Origin: the human T2T-CHM13v2.0 reference genome, Homo sapiens
NCBI RefSeq assembly: GCF_009914755.1
Contig: NC_060936.1
DNA: 64,000 nt
Reading direction: 5' to 3' (one strand)
Under the pieces are notes generated by a model. It ran no database searches. It was not told the origin of the DNA and worked only from the letters and a program-made list of their open reading frames with translations. Positions within the stretch are counted from its first letter, which is position 1. Every line of letters begins with the position of its first letter. Positions 28,548-44,779 of this stretch are shown here, one piece after another. The position numbers and the translations under genes were made by a program.

Positions 28548-29108
28548 TCTCTGTACAAATGCTAGTATTATTATTATTATTACCAGTATGAGTGCTTCTA
28601 GCTACTTCCCCAGGAGCCACATATTAGGTATCATTACTAAGAGGCTCTCTCTGCAGTTTCTGAGGTTGTTTCGCTTCCCTTCGAATCAGAGTGCAAACTG
28701 CCATTTGCCCTCCCTTCAGGTTCCAACTGAGCCTCTCTGCTCCCCTCCCATTGAAAGTCAGAAAAGCCAGCACTTGAGATTTAACACTCTATCGCCTGCA
28801 ATTAAATCCAGCCATATAAAGGGAAATGTCGAACAGCTCACTTTCTTGCAGCACATTGAGGTGCTGTGGCAAGAGCATGCAGGAATCCAGCCATAAACCC
28901 TTGACTCGTCCTCGCCTGGGAGTTTCTCTCTTTTACTCAGTTGGCTTCCCAGGTTCAGCTGGAACTCTGGGGAATACCCCAAGATGCATGCTAGGTACAG
29001 TGAGGGATAGCCACAGAGAGGGCTTTTATAAATGGAAGTTGTAAGGTTCAATAAGAAACTAATCAGCTCCCAAACAAAGTGAGCTTTTCATGCTTAAACA
29101 AGTGTTCC

Positions 29109-29552
<444 letters not shown>

Positions 29553-29739
29553 TCAGGGAAAGAGCAGCAGAGCATTCGGACCACACGGACAATGCCCTCA
29601 CCTAGGGTCTGGTGAGCCCCAAGGAAGGAGCTGAAACCTCTATGAGCAAGACTTTGCTATGTGAAGCAGGATGTGGGAAAGAACATTCCAGGTGAAAGAT
29701 CTCTGTGCGGCAGCCCTTTGGTGTAAAGAAAGCTGGATG

Positions 29740-30030
29740 GGCTGGGCGCGGTGGCTCATGCCTATAATCCCAGCACTAGGGAGGCCGAGGCAGGTGGATC
29801 GCTTGAGCCCAGGAGTTTGAGACCAGCCTGGGCAACATAGCGACATCTCCCATCTCTAAAAAAATATTTTAAAAATTAGCCGGTCATGGTGGTGTGTGCC
29901 TGTAGTCCCGGCTACTCAGGAGGCTGAGGCGGGAGGATTGCTTGAGCCCAGGAGTTCGAGGCTGCAGTGAGCTATGATCGCGCCACTACACTCCAGCCTG
30001 GGTGACAGAGCAAGACTCTGTTTCTAATAA
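29740..30030 (+). mobile_element. AluJo-like
   Basis: ggaggattgcttgagcccaggagttcgaggctgcagtgagctatgatc; TSD aaagaaagct(g/a)gatg. Confidence 0.93.
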
Positions 30031-30315
30031 AAGAAAGCTAGATGGTCCCAGATGTGCATCCAGTCCCTGGACTCTCTCATGGATTTTATTGCTATTGGAC
30101 ACCATCCCGCAGCACATCGTAGCTGCTCACAAGATATTTCTTGAGGTAGACTGGATAATCCAGGCACCTATCTTTTGTTCCTCCTAGAGTCTGAGGAACT
30201 CTAAGAGTCTTGGGAAGGAGGACATGAAACCAGAGGGCAAATATTATTCTGGATAACAATAATGACAACCGCTGAGATTTACTTAGCACTTGATCAGAAC
30301 TTTACTTATATTAGA

Positions 30316-30659
<344 letters not shown>

Positions 30660-32245
30660 TAAAGCAGGTCTTGTTATTGTCTCCATTTAAGAGAAGGAAC
30701 AACCGAGGCACAGAGCAGTGGTGACTCTTGTATGAGGACACAGGGCAAGGAGTTTGCAGAGCTTCATCACTGCATCCCTGATGGTGGGCCACGTCACTCC
30801 TCAGGCAACTGCCTTACTGACTCTGATGATGGCCAGATCCCTACATTGGGCCTTTGAGGCCCTAAGATCTAACCCTTCCAGGCCATCTTTCTGATCACAT
30901 CTCCCACCTGCTCCCCGTCCCTCACCCTCTCCAACCCCCTTTGGCTTCCTTGCCATTCCATAAATACACCATGAGCTCCTGCCTCAGGGCTTTTGCATGT
31001 GCTGTTCCCCCTGCAACACTCTTCCCTTCAGACATCCACATAACTCACCACCTCTATCACAAACCACTCCTCACCCTCTTCCCCACTTAATTTTTTCCAC
31101 AGGGCTTGTCAGCCTCGAATATACCATATCATTTACCTATTTCGTTTAGTGTCTCTCTCCTCCACCAGAAAGTAAGCTGTGTGAGGGCAGCAATTGAGTC
31201 TGTTTTGTTTACTGCGGTTTCCCAGGGCCCAGGACGGGCTCTCAGTGGAAGCTTAAGTGAGCGTATTCTGTTGCAGTGCTTGGTACTATCACAAAACGCT
31301 CTCTCTAGAGGGAACACCAAGGCACAGCTGTAGCATGAAGTTGGTTAAGGTTTGGCAAAGTTTTCTGGGCACCCAGGTGAGAAGCCAAAACTGGAGGGGA
31401 CGAGGAGGGACGAGCAGGGGGTTTTCAGGGGTTATCAGGCCAAATAACCAAGATGGGGAGCCTGGGCTGCCAAGTGGGCTATTACTTGTATTTTAGGGGG
31501 ACACAGCCCCAAGGACAACACTGGGAAAGAGAGTGCCACCTTTTCTTCCAGTCACAGGGAAGACAACTGAACTATCCTCATGCTGCAGGCCAAAGAGATG
31601 CCTCCCATTTTCTGAACCTCTCACCTGGGAAGTAACCCATATTTTATTTAATCCTAGACCCAGATGTGCCAGAAATGATCAGAATTCCCAAGTGTCAGAG
31701 CTCCCTCCAAAGCCACCCTTGCAGCATCTCAACCCTCTCCCAAAAATGGTTATCTGACCTGGAGCTGAGGACCCAGAGAGAGCTTGAGGGTCCCACTCTT
31801 CCTCCTCTGGCAGAGCCCACCGCAGGAGTGAGCCGTGGCTGGGCAGGGTGGGGCGGTAGACTCAGAGGTCTTTGCTCTGGGATCTGCAGAACATTTAGGG
31901 AGGCATCAGCTGCTGCTCCGCTTCCAAATAAAGCCCAGGTGCTTTTTCAAGCCTCTCTGAACCAGCACTTCTCAAACTTCATGTCAGCATTTCTTGAAGA
32001 GTTCCCAGGCCACAGATTCCTTGGGGTAGAAGAGAGGTAGAGGGAGAGACACTCATTTGGAACACCTTTTTGTATACCTCTGACTCCTAGAGTTATGGAA
32101 ATATTTCACATGCCCAGAAAATCAATCAATAAATAATTAAAATCAACCAAGATGTGGGGGCTTCCCAAAGCGTGGTCTGTGGACCAGCAACTTCATTGGC
32201 CTCACCTGGGAGCTCGAACCCCTGGCCTTCATTTAAATTAATTAA

Positions 32246-32408
32246 ATTTAGCCAGGCGTGGTGGTACACACCTATAGTCCTAGCTACTCAGGAGGCTGAG
32301 GCATGAGAATCACTGGAACCTGGGAGGCAGAGATTGCAGTGAGCTGTGATCGCACCACTGGGTGATCCAGCCTGGGCAACAGAGTGGGACTCTGCCTCAA
32401 AAAAAAAG
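32246..32408 (+). mobile_element. Alu right monomer
   Basis: ttagccaggcgtggtgg...ctcaaaaaaaaa without left arm. Confidence 0.85.
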
Positions 32409-33111
32409 AGCAAGAACTTTTTCTTTTGAAAAATTTAGACTCAAAAATTGAATACCTGGAGTTTTTCTGTGTCCTTTACCCAACGTTCCCTAATGTTGAT
32501 ATCTTGCATAACAACACAACAACTATCTAAACCAAGAAATGAACATTGGTGAATCTGTGGACATTCAAATTTCATCAGTTTTTTCCATTAATGAACACTT
32601 AATAAAAAAAACTAAATTTTTTTGACCATTTGCTGGTCCAGGATCCAATCCAGGATTCCACATTGCATGTAACTCTCCTACAGGACCATAATACAACCAT
32701 CAAAATCAAGCAACGAACACTGATCTACTACCATGTTCTCCCCAGACCCCATTTAAGTTTCACCAATTGTTTTAATAAAGTTCTCTCTAGTAAAAGAATA
32801 CAATTCAGAATCAGCCAAATACTTCATTGTCATATTTCCTCAGTGTCGTCCAATATGTAATAGTTTTGTCTTTTATGATCTCGATAACTTTTGAAAAGTA
32901 CTGGCCTTTATTTTCTAGAATTTCATTCAACTTGAATTTGTCTGATGTTTTCTCATATTTAGCTTGAGTCACTGCACACCCAACATCAGAGACCAGTAAG
33001 CCACCAGCTGCCACGTGTTGAGCTGTATGTGTAGCAAAATCAGTTGTTTGCTGCCAAACCTATTTATGCCAGTTTCATTTGTAACTAGTTAAGTAGTATG
33101 TAGTAGGATTA

Positions 33112-33528
<417 letters not shown>

Positions 33529-33895
33529 TTATAAAAATCTGGAAGGGTTCTGTATGCTGCTTAGCCAGTGTCTTTAAATTCTCATTAAATTCAAAATGAA
33601 CCAAAAAAGGAAATCACCTGATTCATGCAGGGAAGACAATGTGAGACTTCACCCAATTAACTCATTTGTTAATCAACCATTAACCCAATATTAATATTAG
33701 TATTCACAGTACAAATTAGTATACAGAATACTAGTATGTGTAAGTTAAAAGATAAGATAAAATATTCATAATGTAAGGTTTTCTGTTTCTCTATCCTAAC
33801 CCACTTTTTCAACTAAGCCTCAACACCAGTCAATGGTCAAATGATATTAGGCTGACCTCTCAGCTACACACAAGAACATATTAAAATGGAGCACT

Positions 33896-34199
33896 GACCA
33901 GGCGCAATGGTTCACACCTGTAATCCCAGCATATTGGGAGGCCAAAGCAGGTGGATTGCTTGAGTTCAGGAGTATGAGACCAGCCTGGGCAACATGGCAA
34001 AACATCATCCCTATAAAAAAAAAAAATACAAAAATTAGCCAGGCATGGTGATGCGTGCCTGTGGTCCCAGCTACTCAGGAAGCTGAGGTGGGAGGATTGC
34101 TGGAGCCCAGTGGGTAGAGGCTGCAGTGAGCTGAGATCACACTACTGCACTCCAGCCTGGGCAACAGAGTGAGACCTTGTCTCAAAAGAAAAAAAAAAA
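33896..34199 (+). mobile_element. AluJ
   Basis: Diverged dimer; TSD-like aaaatggagcact/aaaagtgagtact. Confidence 0.9.
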
Positions 34200-34208
34200 G
34201 TGAGTACT

Positions 34209-35076
34209 AGGAATATTATTCAGCCTTTAAAAGGAAGGAAATTCTGCCACATGTTACAACATGGATGAACCTTGAGGACTTTATGCTAAGTGAAATAAGC
34301 CAGTCACAAGAGGACAAATACTGTATGACTACACTTAAATGAGGTACTTATGCTACCAAAATGCCAGGGGTTCGGTCTAGATTCTGCTGCTTGCTGTAGA
34401 AAGCCAATACTGAGACAATGAGTATTGCCAGGGAAGAAGGCTTTATTCAGGTGCTGCAGCCCAAGAGATAGGAGACCAATCTCAAATCCATCTCCCTGAC
34501 CAACTAAACTCAAGGGTTTATATAGCAGGGAGGAAATGTAGCTACATGCAGGAAAACAGGAATTAGGGAGGAATAAGAAAGAGGAGTTGGGCAATAGGAA
34601 GCAGGTGGTCAGTTAGGCAATCATGGCATCTTATTGTCCAGATATAGTGGCCTCGTGAGTTTCAGCTCCTTGATCCTATCTGGGAGACCTCATGGTTGGT
34701 TTCCCAAGAAAGGAACTCAGATAAGACAAATGTACCTTTTTCATGTTTTTAAGACTGGGAGGATCAATTTCTATGCTTATTCAAAGAAACCATAAACATC
34801 AGTTCTATGGGACAATTCGGCCAGTTTCACTTAGTGTAGTTAAGATCATAGAGAAAGAAAGTACAATGGTGGTGGTGAGGGGCTGGAGGGAGTGGGGATG
34901 GGAAGTGGTTGTTTAATGAGTACGGAGTCTCAGTTTCACGAGATGAAAAGAGTTCTAGAGATGGATGGTGGGGATGTTTGCGAAACAATGTGAATGTATT
35001 TAATGCCACTGAACTGTACACTTAAAAATGGTTAAGACGCTACATTTTATGTTATGTGCATTTTACAATAAAAAAA
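34209..35076 (+). mobile_element. L1MA/MB 3' end interrupted by an LTR
   Basis: ggaatattattcagcctttaaaaggaaggaaattctg...gccactgaactgtacacttaaaaatgg. Confidence 0.85.
34351..34829 (-). mobile_element. Solo LTR (LTR47-like)
   Basis: TG...CA ends, TSD ctta; minus-strand TATA (tttatatag) and AATAAA (tttatt); family name from recall. Confidence 0.7.
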
Positions 35077-35875
35077 TTGGCAGGGGGTAAGGGAGTGCTA
35101 GAGTGTTTACATCCCATTTTATAGGGTGTTCCGGCAGAATTTCAAATAACACACAAACTTCACTGCCCTTCCTAATATTTCCATTGCTGTGGGTTCTAGA
35201 CAACCTGATGAGGTAAAACAGACAGTTTCCCAAAGATAGGGCTTATGATTTGGTTTTGCTTGACAACTGAAGTTTTGTTGTTGTTGTTGTTATAGGGTCT
35301 GTCTCCATTTCCTTCTAATCCTTTGCCTGAGATTACCTGAGTAACTTTAAAAATATGGAAAAACTACCATTTGCCCTGAAAAGAGACAACGCTACTTGCC
35401 AAGCCCATACAGCCAGAGACCAGCATGTCTTATTTTGCCTGCACATAGTAGGATATCAACATATGTTTGCTGAATTAATTAATGAACAAATGAACATTTC
35501 ATTTCTTGGCTGCAAAAAAGAGAAGAAAAAGCCACAGGAAAAGTTGGGGGAAAAGAAAAGGGAAATGCGAAAAGTTACCCCAGTACATGTAGCAAAATCA
35601 TCTATTTATGTTGTATTACTTGGGTTGGAAGTTACCTACAGAAGACAGAAATCATTTTAGCAGAAATTTCTGCATCAGATGCAGCCCAGCCCCATGACCA
35701 GTTTAACAGGTCTCAGGGCAGATGGTGAGGGATTCATAATCAAACTTCCATTCCCAACCCCAGCGCACTGCCCCCTTATTTGGACCCACTAGTGGTGATC
35801 AAGCCCCTTGCTGGTTGGTTCTTGCTTCTTGGGAAGCTGGGAGCTGATGGGAACCCTGGTCAAGAGATCCCACCC

Positions 35876-37660
35876 TGGAATACAAATTAGTACAGCCACT
35901 TATGTATATTTTAAGCCTATTGAAAAAAAATAGGGGTCTTTCCTCTTGGAAGACTCCTCTCTCTCAACAGAGAGAGAGCTGTTTTTCTTTCTTTTTCTTC
36001 TACCTATTAAACCTCTGCTCCTAAACTCCTCTTGTGTGTCAGTGTCCTAAATTTTCCTGGCTCAAAACAACGAACCCCAGGTATATACCCCAGACAAAGT
36101 AGTCACTTCATATTGGGGACATCCTCTGGGATACCAAGGTACAACATTCACTGAAACACAGTATCTGGTGGAGGCAAACCAGTGTTACAGACCATCGGAA
36201 TAGCTGACAGCAATCAAATTCAAAATGGTGCTACAGACAGAACCATGCACGGACATGCCTTTCTTTCGAGGACCCTTAGATCGACCCCAGGAGGAGCCCT
36301 AGCTGCTCTTCCCCACACAATGCTACTTGTCAGCAGAAAGTAGCCAGAAAGAGTCATCATCCAACACCCCCTAACAGCAGTTAGGGTTACCACTCCAGAG
36401 TAGGGAATGATACAGGAGTTAAGAATAAATTACTTAGGCAGATAGTGATGGTATGGAAGTCCTCGGACAGGTTTTCCTTTTAATGAAAAGCAGCCCCAAA
36501 TCATTTTCCTTTCTAACAAAGAGCAGCCTGCAAAATCAAGCGTCAGACATAGATGCCGGCAGTTGAGCCAATCATGTTAAAGACAGCGGCTCCATCTCCC
36601 CTTGTCTTTGTCAGCCACGTGTACAGCAAACACCAGACATGATGACCCCAGTCAACTGGAAAGCCTATTCACATAACAAGATTAGGGTGGGGTGGCCAGC
36701 CTTTCCTGTGCGCTATGTAAACGTCATACGTGATCAAACCAATCTGTGAGCCCTATGTAAATCAGACATCACTTCCTCAAGCCTGACTCTAAAATCCAGT
36801 GCACTGGTTCCTGGGCAGTCTTTCCTCTTGGAAGTCCCAGAGAGACAGGTGGTTTTCTTTCTCTTTCTCCTGCCTATTAATCCTGCACTCCTAAACTCAA
36901 AAAGAAAAAGAAAAAAAATGGTACAGCCACTATGGAGAACAATATTGCAGTTCCTCAAAAAATTAAAAATAGATATGACAATATGATCTGACAATTTCAC
37001 TAGTGGTTATAGTTAAAAGAAAGGAAATAAATATATCAAAAAGACATCTGCATTCCCATGTTTACCGCAGCACTATTCACAATCGCCAGAATATGAAATC
37101 AACCTCAGTGTCCATCAGTGGATGAATGAATAGAGAAAATGCAGTATATACCCACAATGGAATATTATTCAGCTATAAAAAAGAATGAGGTCCTGTCATT
37201 TGCAGCAACATGGATGGAACTGGAGGTCATTCCGTTAAGTGAAATAAGCCACGCACAGAACGACAAAGATCTCGCGTTCTCACTCATATGTGGGAGTTTA
37301 AAAGGTGGATCTCATGAAATTAGAGAATAGATTGGTGTTTAACAGAAGTTGGGAAGGGGCAGGGGGGCAGGAGAATGAAGAGAAGTCGATTGATGGGTAC
37401 ACATACGCAGTTTGATATAAGAAATGAGACCCAGTGTTCCATAGATCAGTGGGTTGACTATAGGTTACCATAATCTATTGTATATTTCAAAATAGCTAGA
37501 AGAGAAGAATTTGAATTTTTCTAGCATAAAGAAAAGACAATATTTAAGGTGATGTGTATCCCAAGTACACTGATTTGATCCTAACAAATTACATGTATGT
37601 ATTAAATTATTACATGTACCCTGAAACTATGCACATCTATTATGCATCAGTTTTTAAAAA
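35876..37660 (+). mobile_element. L1MA-type 3' fragment, host of the ERV retrocopy
   Basis: aaattagtacagccact before the insert; continues gtacagccactatggagaac...atttcaaaatagctagaagagaaga after it. Confidence 0.85.
35934..36918 (+). mobile_element. Processed (L1-retrotransposed) LTR9/HUERS-P3-like ERV mRNA: R-U5-PBS-short internal/env tail-PPT-U3-R-polyA
   Basis: 5' LTR lacks U3, 3' LTR lacks U5 and ends in an A tail; PBS-Pro-like 36114-36132; PPT 36397-36407; flanking duplication gtacagccact. Confidence 0.85.
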
Positions 37661-38058
37661 CAAAAACTTGATTATCTGCAAAGACTCTGTTTCCCAATAA
37701 AGTCTCACTCACAGATCTTGGGGTTAGGACTTCAACATATTTTGAGAGGCACAGTTCAACCCATAACACATATTTGCACATAATAGAGTGCGTAAGAGCT
37801 CCAGATCCCCCTTAATCAGACCAAATCCCAGCTCCACCACTTATAGGCTGATGGCCTGTGACAAGTCATTTCACATCTCTGGGCTTCGGTTTCCTCATCT
37901 GTAAAATGGGTCTCATAACTCTACCTACTTTGTGGGGCATCAAAGGATTCAACAAAATCATGTATTTGTTCAATCAATGTTGATAATACTCCTGTGGCCT
38001 GCCAGCCTTAGGCAAGCTGTAAACAAAAGACAAATCCCTGCCCCTGTGGAGCTTATTA

Positions 38059-38448
<390 letters not shown>

Positions 38449-38959
38449 CTAGCAGAGGGCGAAGAGTGAGATTATTTCTATGTGCATCATTTATGGCTGA
38501 AAAATAGAAAAATGACGCAAGTGATAGCCTCAGCAAAACATCTGCATGAAGTAAAAGAGGTGGCTGTTTAGTGAATCCCCATAAAAAGAGAGGGGAAAAA
38601 AGGTCTGTAACAGTGAAATTATCCTAACTCAAGGGATGCTCGTAGCATGGTGCCTGGCACCTGGTGATCTTCTGCTGCTTGTGATTATAACTCTCCCAAG
38701 AAAGGAAGTCACAGGAAGCATGTCCACTGTATGCCAGTGTGAAGCCCAGCCAGCCATGCTCCCAAAGGGCCACTTTACCCACCACAGTCCCAAAGCAGCC
38801 AGGAAGGCTCAAGAAGGAACAAGGAAGGCCAGGTGGGTGGCCTTGGAGGACTCTGCTCCCTTTCATCCATCCCCAGGCTGGGGGTTAATTTTGCAGCTGC
38901 ACCCCCAGCCAATGAATTGTTCTCAAAGTGCATGGAAACACTGCTGTTGGAAAAACTGT

Positions 38960-39305
38960 GAAGAACCATAAGAGGGCAAGAAATAAAAATGCTGAAAGAA
39001 GCCAGACCCCAAAAGCCACCATATTATAGGATTCCATTTACAGGAAACATCCAGAAGAGAAAAATCTATACAGACAGAGAGTAGATTGCCAGGGGCTGAG
39101 GGAAGGAGCTTGGGGAGAAACAGGAAATTGCTACTAAAGGGTCTTTGCTTTCTTTGGGGGTAATGAAAATGTTCTAAAATTGGGGTGATGGTTGCACAAC
39201 CCTGTGAATATATTAAAAACCACAGAATGGTACACTTCAAATGGGAGAATTGTGTGGTATGTGAATTATATCTCAATAAAGCTGTCATTTAGGAAAAAAA
39301 AAAAA
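38960..39305 (+). mobile_element. L1MB/ME 3' end
   Basis: gaaaatgttctaaaattgggg...tgtgaattatatctcaataaagctg. Confidence 0.8.
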
Positions 39306-40109
39306 CAGTTGCCTTGGCTCTAAACTTACTTCTCCAATTCCTCTGAGAATGCCAAATCACTGCCATCTCTCTGATTAGGGCTGAATTCATTTCACAGTAA
39401 TTTTTAAAAGAGTATTTTCTCAACACCTGAAATAGGCCCTTTGATGTCTGTCCAAAGCCCTCCTGGGAATTCTTATCTATTTAAAAGAGGGAATGAGTAT
39501 TAAGAGCTTGGCTTTCCTAGCTAGCCAGACATCCATGTTAATTTCCACATCTCCACGTTACTATGGCAACAGAGAGCTTCCACTGAGAGCTTTTTGGGGG
39601 GCATCAAAATGGACTGCAATTTGGACTCAGGGAGTCCACAGCCCCTCTGCCCAGCAGCCCCCAGACCCTGGCTACCTTGAATCAGGTGAAACAGAGAAAT
39701 CAGAGAAGGGGAGGATGTAGGCTCCACTGGGTCTTCACTCCATCCTGGCCCAAACTGAGTCACCGTCCCCATGCAGGAAGAGAAGTGTTAGTCACATCTT
39801 TCAGAGGCTGTGATCTAAAACAGCGTATTGAGCACCTGAGTCAGTCTCCATGTCAACATGACCATATTTTTAGGCAGGAGTAGGCAGCTTCTTGGGCCAA
39901 TTAGAGTAGTACAGCTAGAAAGCAGTCAGTAAACAGCTGGGAGAAAAGCAGTCAGCCACTGGGAGTCCACTGTTCTCACAGAGGAGTCTCACAAATGCAG
40001 AAGCTCCCTGCCTTGAGGTACCCAAAGAGTCCACCACATAAGGCCCAGGAGGCCTGAAGTCCATCCTGTCAGGCAGAATCAATCACTGGGACAGAGAAGG
40101 GAAGAGGCA

Positions 40110-40620
40110 GTGCATAAGACAGGCAGCCTCAAAGATGGGCCCCACTGATCCTCATCTCCTGGTGAGCCTTATGTAGCCCCCTCATACCTTGTACCAAGAT
40201 TGATCTGTGTTGTGGCCAATAGAGTACAGCGAAGGTTAAATTGTGCCTTCTGAAGCTAGATCATAAAAGACACCACACTCTTGGGTCATTCATGCTGGAG
40301 AAGCCAGCTGCCATGTTGAGAGGACACTCAAGCAGTCCTACGGGGCAGCCCACATGAGAGGAACTGAAGCCCCCAGCCACCAGCCATGTGAGCCACCTTG
40401 GAAATGGAGCCTTCAGCACCAGTCAAGCTTTCAGATGATTGCAGCCCCAAACACTATCTTGACTTCAATCTCAAGAACGTCTGCCAGCTAGAACCATCCA
40501 GCTAAACTGCTCCCAGATTACTGACCCACACAATATAATGTAAAGTAAAAAATGTTTGCTGTTGTTTTAAGCTACTAAGCATTGGGGTTATTTGTTACAC
40601 AGCAATGGATAACAGACATA
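40110..40620 (+). mobile_element. MLT1D/E/F-like LTR
   Basis: gaagccagctgccatgttgagagg...tgttttaagctactaag...acacagcaatggataac. Confidence 0.7.
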
Positions 40621-41658
40621 GGGTGGATGTCAGAAATTGTCTCGAGAAGATGACTTTATGAAGATTTTTCCTCCTCGCTCCTTCCCCTACCCTTAAAGCA
40701 TTTTTACAGTAGAAGGGGACATGTTAACGGGTAGGGAATCTAGAGACTTGGATTTGTATTCTGGCTCTGTCCTTAGTTTTTCCACCTCCAAAGCTGAGGA
40801 GCTAAAATGTAACCTGAGATCTCTGAAAGCCTAGGGTCTCATAATCGTCAAAACCACAGTTTTGAGTCAGGAAGACTGGTTGTGAACCCTGGCTCTGCCA
40901 CTTGCTTGCTGTGTGACCTCAGACTAATTACTTAATTTATCTGAGCCTCATTTTCACCTTCTATAAAGTGGGTTTAATAATATCTAGTTCATGGCGTTGT
41001 TACAAAAATTCAATCAAATACCATACAAATTACTTAGCACACAGTAAGTGCTCAGTTGTCACCACTACCAAAAATGAGATAGCATGGTGGGTACGATTAT
41101 TTCCACTTGTAGCTAAGATACAGTAGGATCAGAGGAGCAGTTAGAGGATTTCGTTGGTCTGGAGCAAGGCCCCATGTGGTTGTTTTTCCAAAACCCCCCC
41201 AAATGATTCTTTGAGAAACTTTGTCCTAGAGAAACTTCCACACATGTGCCAAAAAATCATACAAGTATTTCACTGCAGTCTGTGATAGGGAAAAATTGGA
41301 AACAATCCAAATGCCCATCAACAGGTAAATGGGAAATAAATTGTTAATGGAATACTATACAGCACTGTAAAATTAATGAACCAGAACTATGCATATCAGC
41401 ATGAGCATAAATCTCTAAGACATAATTCTGAGCCCCAAAATGCAGAAGGATCCACACGGTATATATCATGCATAAAAATCTGCATAACATCATTATATAT
41501 TATTTATGGATACATGCATGTGGATAAAAGCAAAAAGCCATGCATGGAGGCAGCAGCACCAAATTCAACATGGTAGTGACCTCTGGGAGGGAGGGAAGGG
41601 CATGTGAAGGGGAGAAGGCCCATGGGGCTTCAGTGTATTGGTGACATGGTATTTCTTA

Positions 41659-42306
<648 letters not shown>

Positions 42307-42496
42307 TTAAGAAATAAAATAGTTGTTCAACAGGTGAAAAGCAGTTACGTTTAATTTTTTCCAAGTAAGAAGTACCACTTCCCCAAATGATTTGCTTTGA
42401 AAACAACACTCATCTGCATGTCTGAGTTTTGAAATATTGGTGATTTGAGACCATACGACATGAGAAACATCCTGAGGCCAGAACACAAGCCTTTAG

Positions 42497-42884
<388 letters not shown>

Positions 42885-43480
42885 CCCACCAGGTATGTTT
42901 TAAAAGGAGGATTAATCAGTAGCAGGGAGAAGGGCTGCTGGGCTCTCTTTTTCAGCCACAGCATTAAGTTAGACAGAGAAAAAAAAATCAGGGGTGGGGA
43001 AAGATGAGAGAAATGAAGAAGCAAGAACAGGTGTGGTGTATTTTCTTTTTAATGAAGTTGAGTCATTCTGCAGCCAACTCAATGCCATGTAGCCTCAAGC
43101 CGGGGAGTTTTGTTTTTCCTAAGCAATAGAATCCGACTCTGCCAGCAAGAAGCGCTTGACTGCTGTTCCTTAAACATGCAGAAGGGTTTTTTGTCTTGTT
43201 TTGTTTTGCATAATGGACATATTTCCCATGCAGCCACTTTCTGGGTTCTTTGTCATGTGTCAAGGTAAGCGTTTAGAAAACTCCTCCGTGGGCCACGGGG
43301 AGGCAATTTTCACCTAGTACAGAATGCTTAAGATGGAGAAAGCCAACTTTTCAATATCGCTTCAGGGACCATATTTTGTGCATTCAACACAGCTGAATGC
43401 AGACAAAGTCGAGAGTTAAAATTTTTTGAGTGTAAACTCCTGACAAGGAGATTGAAGGAGGGAAGTGATGTCAGGTGAAT

Positions 43481-43499
43481 TACTGCCCCCTGGTGGCCA
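43481..43499 (-). promoter_or_regulatory. CTCF motif
   Basis: Minus strand reads TGGCCACCAGGGGGCAGTA, near-consensus, in non-repetitive DNA. Confidence 0.75.
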
Positions 43500-44300
43500 G
43501 ACACAGTAATGGGCTCATTTTGCTGTAATAGTCCTTTGAGTCTTTTCTTCCTGCGTTCCCCTGCCATCTTCCACTACCGGCTACAAAGGGGTTACAATCT
43601 GGCGGCCCTGGAAAGCCAGCCGGCAGCCATGCCAACTGCCTTAAAATCTGGAGATACTGCTTAAAAAATCTAGGCCTCACATTTATTTTGAAAAATTGAA
43701 AACTCTATCCACTTTTAGACTGCATCCCAGCTAATAAATACGGGTTCGAGCTGAGAAGCTGCTGCCCACTTTAGACAAGGCATGTGCTCTCAAATCTGCC
43801 ATACTCCCCACCTCTACCTATTGTCTCATGGCCAGGAAGCTTTGCTCATTAGCAGTTCCTGCATAGCCTCTGGATTTACTACTCGTAGCCTAAGCTAATT
43901 AAAGACTTAACAAAGAGAGGAGGGTGCCTTTAGAAGCAGAGGACTACATTGCTTTATACCTGGGTGTGGACAGGGGTCCACTAGTCCCTTAATACCCAGC
44001 TCAGTGAGGATAAGTGACTTGTTCAAGGTCACCCAGCCAGCAAGCGGTGGGCCTTGCATTTCAACGCACATCTGTCTGACCCCAGAGCTTCACTGTTTTC
44101 TAACATACTGTCACCCATAAGCTGGCTGCCTACCAGGCCCTCCTCTGGGGAAGGTTTTTACAATGACATTACTACTTGGGCCATCAGGAAGTGCAATTCA
44201 GAGGACTCCAAGAGAAAAATGTTTATGACCTTGGTTGAAAAGATTAAAAACGAGAAGCCACCAAAATAATGACCACCCTGATTTTGTTCCTTAAAAACTA

Positions 44301-44768
<468 letters not shown>

Positions 44769-44779
44769 GATAGATAGGT

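Noticed and set aside
35876-37660. ERV-L1 template-switch chimera as an alternative origin of the retrocopy
   Set aside because: L1 sequence is duplicated on both sides of the ERV part, fitting insertion into a pre-existing L1 better; not fully excluded because only ~25 bp of L1 lies upstream.
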